A stretch of 29,977 nt of DNA from Tubiluchus corallicola (taxonomy: Eukaryota; Animalia; Priapulida), in the NCBI GenBank assembly GCA_030141605.1, contig JAQGDQ010000692.1, forward strand, positions 81,662 through 111,638, read 5' to 3'. The notes under the pieces are model-generated. The model saw nothing but the letters and a program-made list of their open reading frames with translations, was not told the DNA's origin and searched no databases. A program made the translations under genes and the position numbers. Of the stretch, positions 23,356-29,977 are shown in pieces. Numbering within the stretch: the first letter of the stretch is position 1; the number at the start of each line of letters is the position of its first letter.

Positions 23356-23391
<36 letters not shown>

Positions 23392-23452
23392 CGATGATGA
23401 TGATGATGATGATAATGATACTGATAATGATAGTGATAATAATAATGATAGT
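23311..23452. repeat. (ATG)n/(ATA)n microsatellite
   Basis: Direct reading; source of the poly-M and poly-I ORFs. Confidence 0.95.
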
Positions 23453-24176
23453 AATTAAAGGCCTTTTTAATGCTAAAGTCATATCACAGTTTTGCCCTCA
23501 AATACTTCAATCCACTATATGTGATAGACAAAAAACAATGCAGTAACGATGTACAACGTGCGAGTGTTTTAGCGTGTCGTTTCGTTTGTAAGTGTCTCAG
23601 AATTTGTGTTTACTTTTGGTTAATCAACTTACAATACAAAGGTGAAGTATACAAAGTATATATATGATTTAATAACTCTAAGTGATTTCATTTGGCATTA
23701 TAAAAGGGAAGAAAGGAGAATCACAAAAAGACTTTGAACACAAAGTTATATCACTTAAATATTACGCTTTCATATTTGAAAGACTAATGCAATTAGAAGA
23801 GAAAGTTCTTAGTAATTTTTAGATATTCACACCAATTGGTAAAGCGTCACTGCATCGCTATCCCAGTCTGCACCACTGATTCACCAAAACCACATTATTG
23901 ATCTTACTTATACTTACAATATCAAGTAATTTATGCTTTTGTTTAGTTAGTGAAGGGTGTGCTATGCATGTTCTGATTATTTTTTCAAACTTTATAAACT
24001 TGTTTCAAACGAGTCATTGCTGAACTTTAATTTACAAATCTTATAGAGTGTTACTGCTACTACAAGCTCTATCTGCAATAAGACGAGGTTTTTAACTTTC
24101 ACTTATGAGGAATTTTTTCTTGTGCTTTAAGATTTTTTGATTAATAGTTGTACATTACCTGAATACCTACAGAAAC

Positions 24177-24420
24177 CTTACCAGATATCCCCGTTGTTCA
24201 GCTTTTCCCATTTTAAAGTGTTTCCAGTATATAACTCTTTTGTTTGCGCTTTTAAAGCTCTAGCTTGTCTAACACCTGGTGGCGTCTTATCTTCGTAATG
24301 GACTTGCATGCCGTGCTTACATCTATCTAGCCACCACACTTCCCAACCAGCTTGGACAGCAACACCACAATTGCATCCGCCTGTATTTCCATAACCACAG
24401 TCTCCAAAACGTCCTTGCAC
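24177..24420 (-). pseudogene. VWD domain middle exon with a stop/frame lesion at its 3' end
   Basis: ccag|VQGRFGDCGYGNTGGCNCGVAVQAGWEVWWLDRC...NNGDIW*; CNCGVAV..G is typical of VWDE-like VWD; no stop-free phase-0 donor is available at the end. Confidence 0.8.
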
Positions 24421-24670
24421 CTGGTAAAAACAGGAAAAAATTCTCTATTGACGAGTGTCGAAGCGGCTTTTTTGCGAGGTAAAGCTAACATGTGTTGGAG
24501 ATAATTTTAATAACAAGATTTTATCAGTTAAAGTAACGGAACAATTTTATTAAAAAAAATTAAATATTAAAATAGGTTATTGAGGCTGCCAACAACACTT
24601 TAACTCTCCCAGTGTCAGTGACGCACCAGCGTAGCTCACTTTGACGCACCGGTACGTAACGCCAAACGCA

Positions 24671-25745
24671 ATACACAACAACACAAGCCCAATGTACAAC
24701 AACACAAGCCCAATGTACAACAACACAAGCCCAATGTACAACAACACAAGCCCAATGTACAACAACACAAGCCCAATGTACAACAACACAAGCCCAATGT
24801 GCAACTACACAAGCCCAATGTACAACAACACAAGCCCAATGTACAACAACACAGGCCCAATGTACAACAATACAAGCCCAATGTGCAACAACACAAGCCC
24901 AATGTGCAACAACACAAGCCCAATGTGCAACAACACAAGCCCAATATACAACAACACAAGCCCAATGTACAACAACACAAGCCCAATGTACAACAACACA
25001 AGCCCAATGTACAACAACACAGGCCCAATGTACAGCAATACAAGCCCAATGTGCAACAACACAAGCCCAACGTGCAACAACACAAGCCCAATGTGCAACA
25101 ACACAAGCCCAATGTACAACAACACAAGCCCAATGTACAACAACACAAGCCCAATGTGCAACAACACAAGCCCAATGTGCAACAACACAAGCCCAATATA
25201 CAACAACACAAGCCCAATGTGCAACAACACAAGCCCAATATACAAAAACACTAGCACAATACATAACAACACAGGCACAGTACACAACACAAGCGCAATA
25301 CACAAAAACACAAGCCCAATGTGCAACAACACAAGCCCAATATACAACAACACAAGCCCAATGTGCAACAACACAAGCCCAATATACAACAACACAAGCC
25401 CAATGTGCAACAACACAGGCCCAATGTACAACAACACAAGCCCAATATACACCAACACAAGCCCAAATGTACAACAACACAAGCCCAATGTGCAACAACA
25501 CAAGCCCAATGTACAACAACACAAGCCCAATGTACAACAACACAAGCCCAAATGTACAACACAAGCCCAATGTACAACAACACAAGCCCAAATGTACAAC
25601 ACAAGCCCAATGTACAACAAGACAAGCCCAATATACAAAAACACTAGCACAATACATAACAACACAGGCACAGTACACAACACAAGCGCAATACACAACA
25701 ACACAAGCACAATATACAACAATACAAACACAATACACAACAATA
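24671..25745. repeat. 21-bp minisatellite, about 50 copies of acaacaacacaagcccaatgt, intronic
   Basis: Direct reading; 21-nt period with variant units. Confidence 0.97.
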
Positions 25746-25789
25746 AAAGTGCTCAAATGGTGTCACAAAAGTAACCAATACGCGCTTAC

Positions 25790-25865
25790 CATAAAAGGAA
25801 AGTTATTATTATACTCCGTATTTCTGTACATAATGAAGTCGCCGTCATACAAATGTCTGTATTCT
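25790..25865 (-). pseudogene. VWD domain exon (phase 2-0)
   Basis: ttgcag|a EYRHLYDGDFIMYRNTEYNNNFPFM|gtaagc; continues TFDGV in frame with the G-x-F-h-h-Y motif. Confidence 0.85.
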
Positions 25866-26202
25866 CTGCAAACGAAAAACTAGAGGTGTAGTTAATTAAT
25901 TAACATTCATCTTATGCCAGTTGCGTGTCATAATGATATTACGACGTGGAAACATTTATGCTGCAAATAACACATGACACGCGATGGTGGAAAATACCGT
26001 AGATAGCATAGAAGACGTCGTAAATTTTGTACGGTTTAAATTTGTTTCTTTAAAGTCAATTTTTCACTAAGTTAAAGTTAAATAACTCCTCAGTGGCAAC
26101 TTTCCCGGCCGTTAAGACAGCCGTATCAGCATTGTGTTAGTTTTGCCTGATACAAATTCAAATTCTTTTAATCTTTCTCGAATTGAGAAACAATTATTTT
26201 AT

Positions 26203-27091
26203 TTTAAATCACATTGTGCTCTTGCAACAACTGGTTAGAGTAACTTCGATCTTCAAGTGAAAAGTATCAGTGTTACTATTACGCAACGCTGAGCAGGAAA
26301 AACATTCATCGATTCACATTTTACAAGTTTTCTTGATTGACATTCATATGCCTTACCTTCATAAATTGTTCTAACCAAAAACTTGATCTCATATTTGCTA
26401 GTTATTCTGTCAAGGAAATCATGAGTTTACTAAACTTGTGGCTACGGCTAAGTTCAACAATACCTAAGCTATACTTACACTCCATCAAATGTTGTCATAT
26501 GAGGATCTCCCACTGCCTTACAAATACCAACTTGACCACCATCTGGTCTATCGAAATCATTGATGTAGATCTGCAAGTAGACATTGTTTAAAACTATGAT
26601 GGTGTTATATACACACATGATCTTTAAAATATCTTTTGCATTGTACAGTGGCTTGTTCTACGTTTAGCCACGATTATTAACTTAACCAGCAGTCATAGTC
26701 ATAAATACATCATATTTCGCCTTTTTCCTTATTCGGGCTCAAAAATTCCCATCTTATATATTTTTATTACTTATATTTATTTATTTAATAATTTTATTTA
26801 TTATTAAATTTATTTATTTATATTTATTTATATTTTTATATTTTTATTTATACATCTTATTTTTTATAGCTTACTAGAACAGCCGTTCACGTATGATATC
26901 GGGGTAAATTGAGCTCTGATGGCACTGCGCGACATCTGTCGGGCGATTGTTGTAATTATGTCGAATAACTTAAAAGAAGTGGAAATTGTTATCGTATTAT
27001 TTTGTTTGCCAGATGGCAGCACTGTGCAGCATCCAGCTTAAATGGTTTTAACCACGCACGAGTCGGGTGTATTTAAGACCAGGACTCACAA
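26203..27091. repeat. Left arm of long inverted duplication (visible part)
   Basis: Reverse complement of 29089-29977; paired coordinates sum to 56180 at every point checked; identical 84-aa ORFs at 26337(+) and 29589(-). Confidence 0.97.
26479..26570 (-). pseudogene. First VWD exon, minus-strand copy (phase 0-2)
   Basis: ttgcag|IYINDFDRPDGGQVGICKAVGDPHMTTFDG(V)|gtaagt; C-x-x-x-GDPH-x-x-TFDG hallmark. Confidence 0.9.
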
Positions 27092-27592
27092 GTAGGCATA
27101 TATAATAATGTGCATTTATAAATAGGAATAATTCTGCGTGTGTTGCATTATGAGGAAGATGCAATACGCTGATTTATTTGGTCAAGCCTGTCGTACGGAA
27201 AAAAAGGAAAATTTAGTTATTAACTGCCAGTTGGTTTTCTCACGCCCTCTTTAGCACTGGAGCAGGTGCTGAGATGGCGTAAAGTACCTAGTAAACACGG
27301 GGTCATTCCATACCACCACACTTGTAGTGACAGTATGCGAATGGCTTTCTGATAGACAGAGCATTCAACAATATAGAAATGTACTTGAAAAACTGGTTTT
27401 AGTAACCCCTCTACAGAAAATTCTCTGTCCTGGTAAGAGGAATGAAGCAGCAAAGAAGAGAAAAAAAATTATTTTATCGAAAATAAACTTTATAAACGTT
27501 TTGCAAAAATTAACAAAACCTTTGAAAACTATGACAGTGTTTTAGAAGTGCTTAACTTTGCAAACATCTATGCACTATACTCGGTCTTTCAG

Positions 27593-27775
27593 ATAGCCTT
27601 TTCTGATTGTAATCTCAATATATCTCATGATGAATGGAATAGACAGCACGCATTTCCAGTAAGGGCAACTGTTGATGGTCAATATGATGGTCAACAGAAA
27701 CGCATTGTCCAATTAATTGTCCATGAAAGTAACGCACACAGCATTTGGTCCTCGTACCACGCACCAGAAGTCTCT
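27593..27775 (+). CDS. VWDE-like pre-VWD exon (phase 0-0, 183 bp)
   Basis: tttcag|IAFSDCNLNISHDEWNRQHAFPVRATVDGQYDGQQKRIVQLIVHESNAHSIWSSYHAPEVS|gtaagt; resembles the A-x-x-D-x-x-x-DG...W-x-x-Y-x-P segment preceding VWD in VWDE-type proteins; phase matches the 29610 exon. Confidence 0.8.
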
Positions 27776-28331
27776 GTAAGTATAACAGTGATCTAGAAAA
27801 AAACCACTGGTGTTTATTTTTCATTATTACGTTATGTTAGAATTTCACTTTTTTCATTTTTTATTAATTCATGTTAACTTGCAAGCGCAGTGGGCTGGCG
27901 TAGAGGGTTTGAAAGTAATACAGTGATCTCGGTCAAAGGGTCACGATCACTGGAATTTGGTCTGTTTTTGATACCATTCAACTTCTGTTAGGGCTACTTT
28001 ATGTTACATTCAATTTATTTTATGAGTATTTATATACATGGTATTCCAAACAAGATGTGTACTTGGGCTTTTACAAATTTGGGTTTCTTTAAGAGCATGT
28101 GAAAGGATCCAGAATGCATAACATAGTGAGTATCTAAAACTATAAGAGAGCCCGAGAAAGGAGCCAAAATGCATGACAATGAGTAACTGGAAAACCATAG
28201 CAACTAGACCATGCTTCCTCATGAAACTTGCTGGGTGTACACCAGGAGTTGGGGTAGGGGGTCAAGCAATCGTAAAAATGAGATTAAGAGCCCGAGACAG
28301 CAACCAAGATTTGAAAATTAGGGCTTCTACT

Positions 28332-28709
28332 TGTTGTGGAGATCGCTAACATCTATTAGAATGAAATAGAACATTGTAGAATGTTCCATTAGAATAATCG
28401 TCTTACCTTGTAGAATGTTCTAGAAAGAAAAGTTTAGAATGTTCCCTGGCACCCTATATAAGGCGATGCAGGCCGCTGAAACACACTCATACGCAGATTC
28501 ACACGGACGCCACTTACACATTCTCTTGTATACATACATTTTCAGATACACTCAAACGTTGTTCAGACTTTCACGTTTACTGCAATAATTTCGCGTTCCT
28601 TCATACTTTTGTGTTGTAGAATTCTCACTTAATAAACTAGTTTAAATTTGACGAAGTGTTTTCTGGTTTTTTTTTTCTACGAGCCTTCCGAGAGAAACAA
28701 AACACAACA
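28332..28709 (+). mobile_element. Solo LTR (378 bp)
   Basis: TGTTGTG...CACAACA termini; flanks ctact/ctatt (5-bp TSD, one mismatch); TATATAA at 28455; AATAAA at 28631. Confidence 0.85.
28368..28461 (+). promoter_or_regulatory. Heat-shock element cluster and TATA box in the LTR U3 region
   Basis: aGAAcaTTGtaGAAtgTTC (28368), perfect aGAAtgTTCtaGAAa (28412), aGAAtgTTC (28436), then TATATAA. Confidence 0.7.
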
Positions 28710-29088
28710 CTATTTTTAACTCATGTTACATTACAATCACTTAGAGGTATAGACACACGAAACTCACAGTGTAAGGGCATTTTTAAAATAAGAGAATAAC
28801 ATTTTCTTAGTGTTGGCACCAGTAAGATGGCGCTACTAGGCGTGACTAGAAAAGACACACCTCCGGGCTTGACCGAAGATGTTTAATCACGTGCCAGGTC
28901 CTTACTCACTCGGAAGCTGCAACGGTGACGTCATTACGGGCGTTTAAAGTACATGTAAATGATGCAAAACACCAAGTTTTGTTCACAATTCAGTCAGCTG
29001 CAACGGTTGATAAGCGTTTTGCAGTGCTTACCATGTCAAAAATAAAGTTTTGCCGAATAGAAATCCTTTTGTATGAGCTGTATAATTA

Positions 29089-29977
29089 TTGTGAGTCCTG
29101 GTCTTAAATACACCCGACTCGTGCGTGGTTAAAACCATTTAAGCTGGATGCTGCACAGTGCTGCCATCTGGCAAACAAAATAATACGATAACAATTTCCA
29201 CTTCTTTTAAGTTATTCGACATAATTACAACAATCGCCCGACAGATGTCGCGCAGTGCCATCAGAGCTCAATTTACCCCGATATCATACGTGAACGGCTG
29301 TTCTAGTAAGCTATAAAAAATAAGATGTATAAATAAAAATATAAAAATATAAATAAATATAAATAAATAAATTTAATAATAAATAAAATTATTAAATAAA
29401 TAAATATAAGTAATAAAAATATATAAGATGGGAATTTTTGAGCCCGAATAAGGAAAAAGGCGAAATATGATGTATTTATGACTATGACTGCTGGTTAAGT
29501 TAATAATCGTGGCTAAACGTAGAACAAGCCACTGTACAATGCAAAAGATATTTTAAAGATCATGTGTGTATATAACACCATCATAGTTTTAAACAATGTC
29601 TACTTGCAGATCTACATCAATGATTTCGATAGACCAGATGGTGGTCAAGTTGGTATTTGTAAGGCAGTGGGAGATCCTCATATGACAACATTTGATGGAG
29701 TGTAAGTATAGCTTAGGTATTGTTGAACTTAGCCGTAGCCACAAGTTTAGTAAACTCATGATTTCCTTGACAGAATAACTAGCAAATATGAGATCAAGTT
29801 TTTGGTTAGAACAATTTATGAAGGTAAGGCATATGAATGTCAATCAAGAAAACTTGTAAAATGTGAATCGATGAATGTTTTTCCTGCTCAGCGTTGCGTA
29901 ATAGTAACACTGATACTTTTCACTTGAAGATCGAAGTTACTCTAACCAGTTGTTGCAAGAGCACAATGTGATTTAAA
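29089..29977. repeat. Right arm of long inverted duplication, running off the window end
   Basis: Reverse complement of 26203-27091. Confidence 0.97.
29610..29701 (+). CDS. First VWD exon, plus-strand copy of the VWDE-like gene (continues beyond the window)
   Basis: ttgcag|IYINDFDRPDGGQVGICKAVGDPHMTTFDG(V)|gtaagt. Confidence 0.9.

Noticed and set aside
24671-25745. CRISPR-like array
   Set aside because: Head-to-tail repeats with no unique spacers, no cas genes and a eukaryotic context
24560-25883. Long ORFs of up to 398 aa in several frames
   Set aside because: By-products of a stop-free 21-bp tandem repeat lying in an intron of the VWD gene
26337-26591. Identical 84-aa ORFs here and at 29589-29843
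   Set aside because: Antisense shadows of the real VWD exon; their identity only reflects the inverted duplication
26926-27024. CTCF-like motifs (ccagatggcagca, ccgacagatgtcgc) and a possible Helitron CTAG end near 26873/29307
   Set aside because: Short motifs in a probable repeat; the hairpin is poor, no 5' terminus was found, and it is unknown whether the organism has CTCF

Overview
AT-rich, intron-containing eukaryotic DNA, most likely from an invertebrate animal; the taxon cannot be fixed from the sequence. Most ORF-track entries are artefacts, and the real coding signal is in short GT-AG exons read by hand. (1) 1075-5033 (+): five phase-1 exons encoding six tectonin (TECPR) repeats, i.e. 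one tachylectin-1/fish-egg-lectin-type beta-propeller. (2) 7322-15627 (+): about 23 symmetric phase 1-1 Ca-binding EGF exon cassettes in active birth and death: 15 are in frame with both splice sites (one lacks a Cys) and 8 are broken, chimeric or remnant. The introns carry a decayed Penelope-like retroelement with an N-terminal GIY-YIG domain, duplicated along with part of the array. (3) ~15800-18880 (+): a 5'-truncated CR1/L2-type LINE. (4) ~19070-19290: a promoter-like cluster with a candidate first exon. (5) 20292-26570 (-): five exons of a VWDE-like VWD region with a frame lesion, plus two foldback MITEs and a 21-bp minisatellite. (6) 26203-29977: an apparently perfect inverted duplication (arms of at least 889 bp, 1997-bp spacer). 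The spacer holds the exon upstream of the VWD exon and a solo LTR with heat-shock elements, so the VWD gene restarts on the + strand and runs out of the window. No start or signal-peptide exon, transmembrane exon or terminal exon was identified for the tectonin-EGF gene. All domain calls come from motif recognition, not database searches.
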